Assembly: GCA_963790905.1 (NCBI GenBank)
Contig: CAWBQH010000004.1
Coordinates: forward strand, 332,977-364,976
Length of the DNA: 32,000 nucleotides
Direction: 5' to 3'
DNA from: an uncultured Solirubrobacteraceae bacterium
GTDB taxonomy: Bacteria > Actinomycetota > Thermoleophilia > Solirubrobacterales > Solirubrobacteraceae
Part shown: positions 8,265 through 16,823 of the stretch, in pieces
Layout: every line of letters starts with the position of its first letter
Numbering within the stretch: position 1 is the first letter of the stretch
The notes under the pieces: generated by a model
Databases searched by the model: none
Seen by the model: only the letters and a program-made list of their open reading frames with translations
Told to the model about the DNA's origin: nothing
Made by a program: the position numbers and the translations under genes

Positions 8265-8909
8265 CTACTCCGCCGCGGGCCCCGCGTCCTCCTCGTCGGT
8301 CTCCGTATACAGCGACTCCCGCGCGAGCTCCTTGCCCTTGACGTCGAACAGCTTGATCTCGAGCAGGTCCTGGCGGTAGTCGTCGGGGGCGATCAGCGTG
8401 AAGCGCTCTTCGAGGAGCTCGCATTGGTCGACGGCCAGATCGGCGAGCTCGGCCGTCACGATCCGCCCTCCGGAGATGACCGGACGCCCCCACACGAGCG
8501 TCATCGCCGCGACCGCTCCGAAGTGCCCGCGCCAGGCGCCGATCACCTCCTCGCACAGATCGAGCCGCCAGTCAGGGTTGCGCTCGGCGGTCTCCTCAGT
8601 GAAGTCGGCGTGCGCCGAGAAGTCGCTCGGCGCCGCGTCCTCGCCAGCCGGAGCGAAGCGCACGTAGCCGAAGAGCTCGTATCCGCCGGAGGTGCGTGCC
8701 GTCCCGGGCACATAGGTCCATCCTTGCCACGTGCGGTCGGGATACCACACGATCTCGCCCGGCTCGCCGAGATCCTCGGGCGGAGAGTCGATGCGCAGCG
8801 CGGCCGCGAGGAACTCGAGCTGCAGCCGCTCGTGCCAGCGGCCGTAGGGCAGCTCCTCCTGCGGCGGCTCGGCCGCGAAGCGGGGTACGAAGCGTTCGAC
8901 CGGAGGCAT
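8265..8909 (-). CDS. Hypothetical acidic protein (214 aa), no family recognised
   Basis: This is an uninterrupted ORF with GC3-rich codon usage and an ATG start. It sits last in the tlpA-galT array. I recognise no motif. Confidence 0.7.
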   Translation of the reverse strand: MPPVERFVPRFAAEPPQEELPYGRWHERLQLEFLAAALRIDSPPEDLGEPGEIVWYPDRTWQGWTYVPGTARTSGGYELFGYVRFAPAGEDAAPSDFSAHADFTEETAERNPDWRLDLCEEVIGAWRGHFGAVAAMTLVWGRPVISGGRIVTAELADLAVDQCELLEERFTLIAPDDYRQDLLEIKLFDVKGKELARESLYTETDEEDAGPAAE

Positions 8910-8985
8910 GCGTGCCGGGCAGCCTAGCCTTCCGCCGGCTGCGGCGACCCCACCGGCTGCGACCCGCCGACGCTGGTAGGTACTG

Positions 8986-9981
8986 CTACGCGTCGCGCAG
9001 CAGCGCGGCGGCGCGCTCGGGCGCCACGATGTTGAGGTTCATATCCGTCGCCAGCTCGAGGCCGGCAACGTGAGTGAGGCGCGGCAGCACATCGATCCGC
9101 CAGCAGAAATGATCGGCGCCGCGCGGGGCCGTGCGAACCCACAGGTTCAGCGGCGGGCTCGAGCCTAGGTGGCGCGCGAGGCGGGTGAGCCCGTCGTACA
9201 GGAGCGACGCGCCCGCCGGGCCGTCGTCCTCGAAGCGCGCCCGCGGAACCCTCGGCGCGAGCACCAGCTGGAACGGGAGGCGCGAGGCGTACGGAGCCAT
9301 CAGCACCGCCTCCTCGTCGATCGCGACGATCCGCTCGCGCAGGCGGACCTCCTCGGCCACCAGGTCGCCGAGCAGGTTCTGGCCCATCGTGCGCGTGGCG
9401 TAGGCGCCGAAGCGCTCGCGCTCTCGCGCCACCGCCGGCGGGACGAAGTCGAGCGCGTAGAGCTGGGCGTGCGTGTGCGGCAGCGACGCCCCCGCCTCGT
9501 GGCGCTCGTTGACGATCAGCTGCACATACGCGCTCGCGTCGTGCACGCGCATGCGCGTGCGCCACACCTCCACGGCGGCGATCACCTGCTCGCGCGGCAG
9601 CTCGGCCAGTGACAGAACCGGCTGCGGCGCGTTGACGATCACCTCGTGGGCGCCGGTCGCGGGCTGCGCGACGAACAGATCCGGGTGGGTCGGCGCCATC
9701 CCTGCGCCCTGGCGACAGTCGGGGTCGCCGGGGGGCGAGAGCGCCGGATACAGGTTCGGGACCACCCGCACGCTCCAGCCCGGCGAGTTCGGAGGGCCGT
9801 CGGGGCGGAGCGCTTCGAGCTCGGGCGGCGTGCGGTCCTCGTGCCCCTCCGCGAACGGGTCTCGTTCGGGGTCGATCGCCTCGGGCGGATCGCAGCCGGG
9901 CTCTCCTCCCGGGCGCTGCGAGCGCTCCGCAGCCACGATCGTCTTGTGCCCACTCAGCGGGTCGATCCGAAGCTCGGGCAA
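8986..9981 (-). CDS. galT: Galactose-1-phosphate uridylyltransferase family (HIT branch III) protein
   Basis: The N-terminus reads LRIDPLSGHKTIVAAERSQRP and the active-site-like H-x-H-x-Q reads LPHTHAQLYAL. The TTG start lies 3 nt after the tlpA stop. Confidence 0.8.
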   Translation of the reverse strand: MPELRIDPLSGHKTIVAAERSQRPGGEPGCDPPEAIDPERDPFAEGHEDRTPPELEALRPDGPPNSPGWSVRVVPNLYPALSPPGDPDCRQGAGMAPTHPDLFVAQPATGAHEVIVNAPQPVLSLAELPREQVIAAVEVWRTRMRVHDASAYVQLIVNERHEAGASLPHTHAQLYALDFVPPAVARERERFGAYATRTMGQNLLGDLVAEEVRLRERIVAIDEEAVLMAPYASRLPFQLVLAPRVPRARFEDDGPAGASLLYDGLTRLARHLGSSPPLNLWVRTAPRGADHFCWRIDVLPRLTHVAGLELATDMNLNIVAPERAAALLRDA

Positions 9982-9984
9982 GGC

Positions 9985-10614
9985 TCACGCGTCGAGCGCA
10001 TAGCGCCTGACGTCCTGTTCCAGCTTGGCAGCGCTTGGATACGGACCCTGATGGATGTACTCGCTGCCGTGCCGGTCGTAGAAGACGGTCACCGGCGTGA
10101 ACGTCGAGTCGGTGATCGCGGCGCCGGCCTGGCCGCCCTGGTCGTAGTAGCTCGGGTAGCTCACGGGGAACGAGCGCAGGAAGGCGAGCGCATCCGAGCG
10201 GCTGCTCTCGCCGGAGTCGATCCCGATGAACGCGACTTCCCGGCCCTGCGTGAGCGAGGCATGCTGGAAGGCGCCGAACTCCGAGCGGCACGGCTGACAC
10301 CAGGAGGCCCACTTGTTGATCACGATCGGGCGCCCGCGCAGCGACGCCAGCCGCGCGCGCAGCGCTGGCAGCCCGCCGGGCAGGATCTCGTTCGCCTGCG
10401 CGTGCAACGCCTCAAGCGGCGCCGGAGAGCCGGCCAGGCGTGCGCGCATCTGAGCGACCGTCAGCTTTGCCGGCGCCGTCGGCGAGACCGTCGCCGAGCG
10501 GCTCAGCTGGACCAGGCCGACGACGAGCACGGCGAGGATTGCGAGGCCTCCGGCGGCGATCGACATGCGCGTCGCAGTCATCGCCGCTAAGGGTCGCAGA
10601 TACCCCCCCTTCAA
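9985..10614 (-). CDS. Membrane-anchored TlpA/ResA/CcmG-like thiol:disulfide oxidoreductase
   Basis: A thioredoxin-fold WASWCQPC (CxxC) motif follows an N-terminal TM segment (IAAGGLAILAVLVVGLV). The TTG at 10614 has a GAAGG 5 nt upstream. Alternative ATG starts lie at 10581 and 10566. Confidence 0.85.
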   Translation of the reverse strand: MKGGYLRPLAAMTATRMSIAAGGLAILAVLVVGLVQLSRSATVSPTAPAKLTVAQMRARLAGSPAPLEALHAQANEILPGGLPALRARLASLRGRPIVINKWASWCQPCRSEFGAFQHASLTQGREVAFIGIDSGESSRSDALAFLRSFPVSYPSYYDQGGQAGAAITDSTFTPVTVFYDRHGSEYIHQGPYPSAAKLEQDVRRYALDA

Positions 10615-10678
10615 TCGCGCCTTCGCGTGCTATATCCTCAGGAGCACATCAGGGCCGGGTCGCCCGGAGCACCCGGCA
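10615..10678. promoter_or_regulatory. Divergent promoter region (tlpA operon / helicase)
   Basis: The 64-nt spacer contains the AT-rich core gtgcTATATcctcaggagcac, with 5-bp inverted arms gtgct/agcac flanking a TATAT. Confidence 0.3.
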
Positions 10679-13624
10679 ATGGCGCAAGTGCAGCGCCAAA
10701 TCCTTTCGAGCCGCGCCGAAGCCACTTTCGACGGCGGCTCCGTCTCGAAGTCCAGAGCCTCAATGGCCGAGTCCACCTCAGTGGCCCTCGCGGCCGCGAC
10801 CATTCCAAGTTCCGCCGACATCGCCCGCGCGGAAAAGCTCGTGCGCGAGCGCTTCCTGCACGGAGGCGAGGATCCCGCCGTCGCGCTCGCTCCCGGCTCA
10901 GCGCGCAGGCGCGCGCTCGATCAGGCGCTCGCGGAGCTCGACGCGGATCCGAAGGCCACGCATCCGTCGACCGCCTGGCGGCGCGAATTCTCGCTGCTGC
11001 TCGGCTTGGAGCGGCTGCTCTCAGAGGACGAGCCAAAGCTCGCGGACGGCACCGTGCTCTCCTCCCACCAGGTCGACGCGCTGTCCGGCACGCTCGCTGC
11101 GCTGCTGGCCGAGGCGCAGCGCAGCGCGCCAAACGGCGGCAACGGCCGCACGGCGGCCTCCGCCTCGCCGGAGCTGCTCGCCTCGGCCGACATCCTCGGT
11201 CCGGACGAGGTGGTCGCGGCGAACGGCTCGCAGATCGCGGTCGCGCCCGAGGAGGGCTCCGATGGCGAGGAGCCCGAGGAGCCCGAGGAGGACGAGGAGG
11301 ACGAGGAGGACGAGGAAGACCTCGACGAGGAGGACGACGACGATCTGGAACCTGTCCAGCGCGCCGCGCCGGAGGAGGACGAGGACGAGGACGACGAGCT
11401 CGAGGAGGATGTTGAGGAGGAGGAGGAGCCCGAGGACGAGGAGCCGGAGGAGGAGGAGGAGGAGAGCGAGCCCGAGGAGGAGCCGCGCGACTGGGTCGAA
11501 GAGGAGGACGAGGAGGGCGTCCTCGGCGAGCAGCCCGAGGACCCGAACGCGGCCAAGCGGTTCTGGTTCGAGCACGCGACCGGCGCCGGCAAGACCGTCG
11601 CGGCGCTCGGCTTCGTCGAGGCGTCGCAGACGGGCGGGGTGCTGATCCTCACCCACCGGCGCAACCTCGTCGATCAGTTCCACGGCGAGCTGCGCGATCG
11701 GGGGTATGCCAAGCGCATCAGCCGGCCGCTGCTCAAGGGCGAGGACTCGGTCAAGGGCCCGGTGACAGTCGAGACCTACCAGTGGTTCGTGCGCAACGCC
11801 GGCAAGATCTCAAGTGCCTACACGATCGTCATCTGCGACGAGGCGCACACCGCCCTCGGCGAGAAGACGAGCGCTGCGATCCGCAACTGGACGGGACCGA
11901 TCTTCATCGGCATGACGGCGACCGGCGCGCTGATCGCCCGGCACGTCACCGACCTGTTCCCCACGCAGACCTCCCGCTTCGACCTCGCGCAGGCGGCTCG
12001 CCGGGGCGTCATCGCCCCGCTGCGCTGCGTGCGCATCTCTCCGGGGGTGGGCGTGCGCACGATCGCGAAGGTGCCGCTGCGCAGAGGGGAGGTGGACACC
12101 GAGTTCGACCAGGAGGAGCTGGCCAAGCTGCTGGACCAGCAGCCCTTCAACGTCGCCGTGGCGAACCTGTACAAAACACGCTTCAACGGCGTTCCCGGCG
12201 TCGTCTACGCGGCGGGCGTGCGCCACGCCTACAACCTCGCCGAAGCGTTCCGCGCCGAGGAGATCAAGGCTCAGGCGGTGTCCGGCGAGACACCCAAGCG
12301 CGAGCTCGCCGAGATCCTCGCGCGCTACGAGCGCGGCGACATCGACGTGCTGATCAATGCGCAGCTGCTCGCCGAGGGCTGGAACAGCCCGCGGGCGACG
12401 GTCTGCATGCATCTCGCGCCGACCGCCTCCAAGCGCATCTACCAGCAGCGCGTCGGACGCGTGACGCGCCGCCACCCTGGCAAGGAGGCGGGGCTGGTGG
12501 TCGACTTCGTCCATCCCGCCACCAAGCACGACGATCCAGTCGTGACACTGCATTCGCTGCTCGACCGCGACGTCTACCGCGGAGGCGCGATCGTCGTCGG
12601 TCCCGTGCGCCGCGGTCGCGGACGCAGGATGCGCGTCGAGCGGCGCGTGCTGCCGGTGTGCGCGGAGGAGGAGCGGCGGTTCGCCGTCTTCGAGCGTGAG
12701 CTGTGGCGCATCGCCGTCGAGCACCTCGACTACGGCGAGCAGCACGTGTGGGCGGCGCTCGCCGGCGCCCGGGTTGCGCCCAACGGCTGGCGCCGGGCGC
12801 GGGCGATGCTCCACTTCGACCGGACCGGCGAGCTGAAGAGCCGCTTCTTGATCACGGCCGTCCAGCGCAACAAGAACCCGCAGCTGCGTCTGCGAGCGCT
12901 GTCTGACATCGCGGCGCTGCGCGACCCCGACGCGTTCGACACGGCGATCGACATCATCGGCGGCTGGCCACGCGAAGAGCGCAAGGAGGCGACCAAGATC
13001 ATGCTGCGCGCGCTCGTCGAGCGCCGCATCGGCAGGCGCGACCAGGCGAACGCCTGGATCTGGCGGCTGGCCGAGTACACGCGCGACGTGCACGAGGAGT
13101 ACGCGGTGCAGCGCTGGCCCGAGACCAAGCGCCTGCTGGGGCTGCTCGTCAACTCGGCGGGCGGCGCGCATGCGCGCAACGCCCGGCGCCTGATCCATGC
13201 CGCGCGCAAGCAGGACCGCCGCCTCACGGCCGCGCTGCTTGCGGCTGCGCTGGCACATACCCCCGAGGCCGAGGAGGCGCTGCGCGGCGCACGCACGCGG
13301 CTGGCGCGCAAGCCGCCGGCGCTGGCGCGCGAGCTGCTGCGGAACTTCCCCAAACGCCGCGCCCGCAACACCAGGCGAAGGCGCAAGGGAGCCAGGGGAG
13401 GCGCAAATGGCGCGCGCCCGAGCGAGCCGCTCGCCACGGAGGCGTCGGCGGCGGCGGACGCGCCGTCGAACGACGGCCGCTCCGGCGAGCCGGCTCCGAA
13501 GCTGAGCGGGGGGCTCGGCCCGCAGGTCGACGACGAGCTGCGCCGCAATGTCCAGGATGCGCTCGAGCACCAGGAGCGGCTCGAGCGCCCCGACGAGCTC
13601 GAGCCCGCCGAGGAGATGCCCTAG
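10679..13624 (+). CDS. SF2 DEAD/DEAH-box (type III restriction Res-like) helicase with large acidic insert and basic/acidic C-terminal tail
   Basis: Helicase motifs present are Walker A HATGAGKTV, motif II ICDEAHTA, motif III GMTATG and motif VI QQRVGRVTRR. The start is taken at ATG 10679 because the track start (10565) overlaps tlpA. Confidence 0.85.
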   Translation: MAQVQRQILSSRAEATFDGGSVSKSRASMAESTSVALAAATIPSSADIARAEKLVRERFLHGGEDPAVALAPGSARRRALDQALAELDADPKATHPSTAWRREFSLLLGLERLLSEDEPKLADGTVLSSHQVDALSGTLAALLAEAQRSAPNGGNGRTAASASPELLASADILGPDEVVAANGSQIAVAPEEGSDGEEPEEPEEDEEDEEDEEDLDEEDDDDLEPVQRAAPEEDEDEDDELEEDVEEEEEPEDEEPEEEEEESEPEEEPRDWVEEEDEEGVLGEQPEDPNAAKRFWFEHATGAGKTVAALGFVEASQTGGVLILTHRRNLVDQFHGELRDRGYAKRISRPLLKGEDSVKGPVTVETYQWFVRNAGKISSAYTIVICDEAHTALGEKTSAAIRNWTGPIFIGMTATGALIARHVTDLFPTQTSRFDLAQAARRGVIAPLRCVRISPGVGVRTIAKVPLRRGEVDTEFDQEELAKLLDQQPFNVAVANLYKTRFNGVPGVVYAAGVRHAYNLAEAFRAEEIKAQAVSGETPKRELAEILARYERGDIDVLINAQLLAEGWNSPRATVCMHLAPTASKRIYQQRVGRVTRRHPGKEAGLVVDFVHPATKHDDPVVTLHSLLDRDVYRGGAIVVGPVRRGRGRRMRVERRVLPVCAEEERRFAVFERELWRIAVEHLDYGEQHVWAALAGARVAPNGWRRARAMLHFDRTGELKSRFLITAVQRNKNPQLRLRALSDIAALRDPDAFDTAIDIIGGWPREERKEATKIMLRALVERRIGRRDQANAWIWRLAEYTRDVHEEYAVQRWPETKRLLGLLVNSAGGAHARNARRLIHAARKQDRRLTAALLAAALAHTPEAEEALRGARTRLARKPPALARELLRNFPKRRARNTRRRRKGARGGANGARPSEPLATEASAAADAPSNDGRSGEPAPKLSGGLGPQVDDELRRNVQDALEHQERLERPDELEPAEEMP
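11249..11542 (+). repeat. GAG/GAC codon-repeat tract encoding a 98-aa Asp/Glu-rich segment
   Basis: By my count, 68 of 98 residues are D or E (EEPEEPEEDEEDEEDEEDLDEEDDDD...EEEEEPEDEEPEEEEEESEPEEE). The DNA consists of degenerate gaggag/gaggac repeats. Confidence 0.9.
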
Positions 13625-13637
13625 CTGTACAGGCGTC

Positions 13638-13655
13638 CGGGGCGGCTTCGCCCCG
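13638..13655. terminator. Bidirectional terminator-like hairpin cggggcg-gctt-cgccccg
   Basis: A perfect 7-bp GC stem with a 4-nt loop sits in the 36-nt gap between the convergent helicase (stop 13624) and birA (stop 13661). Confidence 0.6.
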
Positions 13656-13660
13656 CCGTG

Positions 13661-14440
13661 TCAGTCGAGCGCTGCAAGGTGGACCTCGCCCGCGCTGAGC
13701 GTCGTGTAGCCGCCGTCCGCTAGCGCGACGATCAGCCTCCCGGCGCCATCGATCCCCTGCGCACGCCCGCGCCTGTGGTGCGCTTCCGGCTCGTGCGTCC
13801 CCCAAACGATCTCCCGCCCGCGCAGCGCATCGCGCGCGCGCCACGCCTCGAGCGTCCTCTCTGGCGGCTGGAGCAGCCGTCGCTCGAGCGCGACGAGCAG
13901 CTCTGCGAGCGTCGGCTCGATCTCCGCGCGAGGCCTGCCGAGCGTCGCTGCCGGCCGCGCGAGGTTCGACGGCGACGGACGCAGCTCGGGCGGCAGCTCA
14001 TCGAGGCACACGGCGACGTTCAGGCCGATCCCGACGATCACCCAGCGCTCCTGCGGACGACCCTCGGTGAGGATGCCGGCGAGCTTGGCCAGCACCGAGT
14101 CCGGGGACGCGTTGGCAGCGGCAGGCTGCAAGATCACGACGTCGTTCGGCCACTTGACCTGAGCGTCCGCCCCGGCGACGTCGCAAACCGCCACGGCCGC
14201 GATCAGCCCCAGGAGCAACGGCGGCCGATCGGAGGCCTGCCAGCGCAGCAGCAGCGACATCAGGACCGAGCTTCCCGCCGGCGCCGACCAGCTCCGGCCG
14301 TGCCGGCCGCGCCCGGCCGTCTGCTCGGACGCGGTGACGAGCGTCCCGTGCGGAGCCCCGGCGATCGCGAGCGCCCGCGCACGGTCGTTGGTGGAGTCGG
14401 TGCGCCGCAGGTGCACGCGCGGGTGACCGAGCTCGCTCAC
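13661..14440 (-). CDS. birA: Biotin--[acetyl-CoA-carboxylase] ligase (class I, no N-terminal HTH)
   Basis: The GRGRHGRSW signature is present and the protein begins VSELGHPRVHLRRTDSTNDRA. The GTG start (14438-14440) overlaps the TGA of the upstream gene (GTGA). Confidence 0.85.
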   Translation of the reverse strand: MSELGHPRVHLRRTDSTNDRARALAIAGAPHGTLVTASEQTAGRGRHGRSWSAPAGSSVLMSLLLRWQASDRPPLLLGLIAAVAVCDVAGADAQVKWPNDVVILQPAAANASPDSVLAKLAGILTEGRPQERWVIVGIGLNVAVCLDELPPELRPSPSNLARPAATLGRPRAEIEPTLAELLVALERRLLQPPERTLEAWRARDALRGREIVWGTHEPEAHHRRGRAQGIDGAGRLIVALADGGYTTLSAGEVHLAALD

Positions 14441-15306
14441 GCGGGGCGCACCACGAGCTCGTCGTCGCGGCCGGCCGCGAGCAGGGCGGCAGCCGAGCCG
14501 CGGTTGACGGCGAGCGCGATCATCTGCTGCGCGTCCTCGTAGATCAGCAGCCCACCTGGCGGCGCGTCGGCGAACGTCGAGGCATATCGGGCGGAGTGGA
14601 TCCTGCCGGCGTGGTGCACCGTGACCGCGCCGCCGGGCCGTGCGCCCACCTCCGCGAGCTGCTCCGCGCGCGCGTCGAGGATCACATTGCCGAAGCCGTC
14701 GCAATGCAGCACGTGGGCCGAGACGGCGCCGCCGGCGACGAGCGCGCACGGCAGCGCGAGCTGGCGCAGCTCGTCCACGGCGAATCGATCGCCGAGCTCC
14801 GCGAGCGGGGTCCCGGCGGCAAGCGCGGCCGCGACCGGCGCGAATATGTCCCTGCCATGGAAGGTCCGCGATACCGGCTGCAGACGCTCGGGCGAACGGC
14901 CGATGTCGACCCCCTCAGCCACGCCCGCGAGCCGTGCTGCAGCCGGCATGAGCAGCCCGTTGTCAGGACCGACGAGCACGTGGCCCCTGCTGGCTGTGCG
15001 CAGCGCGACCGCCCGGCGCGCCTGTGCCCCGACGGCGCCGACCCCCGGATCGACGACCGCCAGATGCACTCCGGCAGGCAGGAACGGTAATGCGGCTCGC
15101 AGCACCATCGCGCCGGTCCGGACGTCGTGGCGAGGGATCGCATGCGTCAGGTCGATCACGCGAGCCGCGGGGCAGCGACGGGCCATCACCCCGTGACAGA
15201 CACCGACGAACTCGTCGCCGTGGCCGAAGTCGGAGAGGAACGTGATCACCGGCGGAGCGTCTTGGCGGTATCCCGACCGGCTGCCTGCAGGCGCCGGGGT
15301 GTTCAC
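14437..15306 (-). CDS. SAM hydrolase / SAM hydroxide adenosyltransferase family protein (DUF62; fluorinase/chlorinase-related fold)
   Basis: The N-terminus reads ITFLSDFGHGDEFVGVCHGVM...IDLTH, followed by VVDPGVGA, both typical of DUF62. The GTG start overlaps the cobA-hemD TGA (15303-15306). Confidence 0.8.
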   Translation of the reverse strand: MNTPAPAGSRSGYRQDAPPVITFLSDFGHGDEFVGVCHGVMARRCPAARVIDLTHAIPRHDVRTGAMVLRAALPFLPAGVHLAVVDPGVGAVGAQARRAVALRTASRGHVLVGPDNGLLMPAAARLAGVAEGVDIGRSPERLQPVSRTFHGRDIFAPVAAALAAGTPLAELGDRFAVDELRQLALPCALVAGGAVSAHVLHCDGFGNVILDARAEQLAEVGARPGGAVTVHHAGRIHSARYASTFADAPPGGLLIYEDAQQMIALAVNRGSAAALLAAGRDDELVVRPA

Positions 15307-16823
15307 GGCAGTGCCGTCTCGGAGGCCCGCGACGCGGCATCGGCGAGCAGCGCGTCGAGGACGCCGTCGATGTCGTGCCGCTCTGCCTCGACGTGGGGCT
15401 CCAGGCCGCGCTCGCGCAGGGTCTCGCTCGTGACCGGGCCGATCGAGACGATCCGCGTGTGCGGCGAGAGCGGCGCGTCAGCCAGGCCATCCCCGGCCGC
15501 GGCGACGGCGGAGAGGAAGAAGCGCACCGTCGAGGAGGACGTGAAGGTGATGTAGTCGGCGCCGCGCGCGGCCTCGAGAGCGGGCCCGGAGAGCGGCTCG
15601 GCCACCGTCTCATACAGCGCCAGCACGTCGACCTTCCCGCCACGAGCGCGCAGGGCATCGGGCAGCACCTCGCGCGCGTCGGCGGCGCGCGCGATCAGCG
15701 CGCGCGTGAAGGGAACGCCGGCGAGCGCCTCGACCAGCGCCTCGGCAACGGAGCGCTCCGGAACGATGTCGGCGAGGACGCCGCGCTCGGCCAGCGCCCG
15801 CGCGGTCCCGGGGCCGATCGCCGCCACGCGCGCCCCCGCGAGCGAGCGCGCGTCGCGTCCCGCCGCGGCGAGGCGCTCGAACAGCGCATGCACCCCATTG
15901 GGGCTGGTCACGCACACGAGGTCATAGCGCGAGAGATCGAGCGGCGGGCCCGGGATTGGCCGCACCCGGATCACGGGGGCCTGCACCACCTCCGCGCCGT
16001 GCGCTTGCAGGCGCCGCGCCAGCTCGCTCGCCTGCGCGCGCGCGCGCGTGACGGCCACCTTGCGCCCAGCGAGCGGCAGGAGCGCTGTCCACGCAAGCTC
16101 CGCGGCGAGCGCTGCAACGGCTCCCACGACCGTGATCGCCGGGGCGCGGATGTCCTGCTCGCGCGCCTTGTCGGCGATCGTGCGCAGAGAGCCCGTGACG
16201 GTTCGCTGCAGCGGGAGCGTCCCCCGTTCGATCACCGCCGCCGGCTCGGACGCTGCTCGTCCCGCGCTTATCAGGGCCTCGGCGATCTCCGCCAGGCGGC
16301 CGACTCCCATATAGAAGACGAGCGTCCCTGGGAACGCGGCCAGCGCCGGCCAGTCGAGTGCCGTCTCATCCTTCTCCGGATCCTCGTGGCCGGTCACCAG
16401 CGCCACAGCGCTCGAGATCCCTCGCTGAGTTACCGGGATGCCGGCGTAGGCCGGGGCGGCGATCCCCGCCGTGATGCCCGGCACGACCTCGAAGGGGATC
16501 CCCGCGGCGCGAAGGCGCAGAGCCTCCTCTCCACCGCGGCCGAAGACGAACGGGTCGCCGCCCTTCAGGCGCACCACGGTTCGCCCCGCGCGAGCGTGCT
16601 CGACCATCAGCGCCTCGGTCTGCGCCTGCGGGACGGACGGCCCGCGGCCCTCCTTGCCGACGAACGCGAGCTCTGCGTCCGCGCGCGCGCCGTCGAGGAC
16701 AGCGTCGGGGATCAGGCGGTCGTAGAGGATGACATCCGCCTCGGCGATCAGCTCGAGCGCACGCGCGCTCAGCAGCCCTGGGTCGCCAGGACCGGCGCCC
16801 ACCAGGTACACGCGTCCGCTCAC
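15303..16823 (-). CDS. cobA: Bifunctional uroporphyrinogen-III C-methyltransferase / uroporphyrinogen-III synthase
   Basis: The N-terminal half reads VYLVGAGPGDPGLLSARALELIAEADVILYDRL (SUMT). The C-terminal half, about 250 aa, is HemD-like (GRKVAVTRARAQASELARRLQAHGAEVVQAPVI...). The GTG start overlaps the vapC TGA. Confidence 0.9.
   Translation of the reverse strand: MSGRVYLVGAGPGDPGLLSARALELIAEADVILYDRLIPDAVLDGARADAELAFVGKEGRGPSVPQAQTEALMVEHARAGRTVVRLKGGDPFVFGRGGEEALRLRAAGIPFEVVPGITAGIAAPAYAGIPVTQRGISSAVALVTGHEDPEKDETALDWPALAAFPGTLVFYMGVGRLAEIAEALISAGRAASEPAAVIERGTLPLQRTVTGSLRTIADKAREQDIRAPAITVVGAVAALAAELAWTALLPLAGRKVAVTRARAQASELARRLQAHGAEVVQAPVIRVRPIPGPPLDLSRYDLVCVTSPNGVHALFERLAAAGRDARSLAGARVAAIGPGTARALAERGVLADIVPERSVAEALVEALAGVPFTRALIARAADAREVLPDALRARGGKVDVLALYETVAEPLSGPALEAARGADYITFTSSSTVRFFLSAVAAAGDGLADAPLSPHTRIVSIGPVTSETLRERGLEPHVEAERHDIDGVLDALLADAASRASETALP

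Noticed and set aside
6457-8556. A 699-aa ORF extending the PucR regulator upstream to 8556
   Set aside because: The extra 300 aa are Arg/Ala/Gly-rich with no domain. They also run antisense through the better-supported lipoprotein gene (7775..8206). The PucR-like sequence only begins near ATG 7647.
10440-11683. Ser-rich, Arg-rich and Leu-rich ORFs (10440..11645 plus, 10921..11664 minus, 11021..11683 minus) over the GAG/GAC repeat
   Set aside because: These are alternative-frame or antisense readings of the triplet repeat (poly-Ser, poly-Leu, poly-Arg). The helicase frame continues into clear Walker A and DEAH motifs.
13661-14749. A 362-aa version of BirA
   Set aside because: The extension overlaps the well-supported DUF62 gene in another frame. 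BirA homology starts at the GTG at 14440, which forms a GTGA junction.
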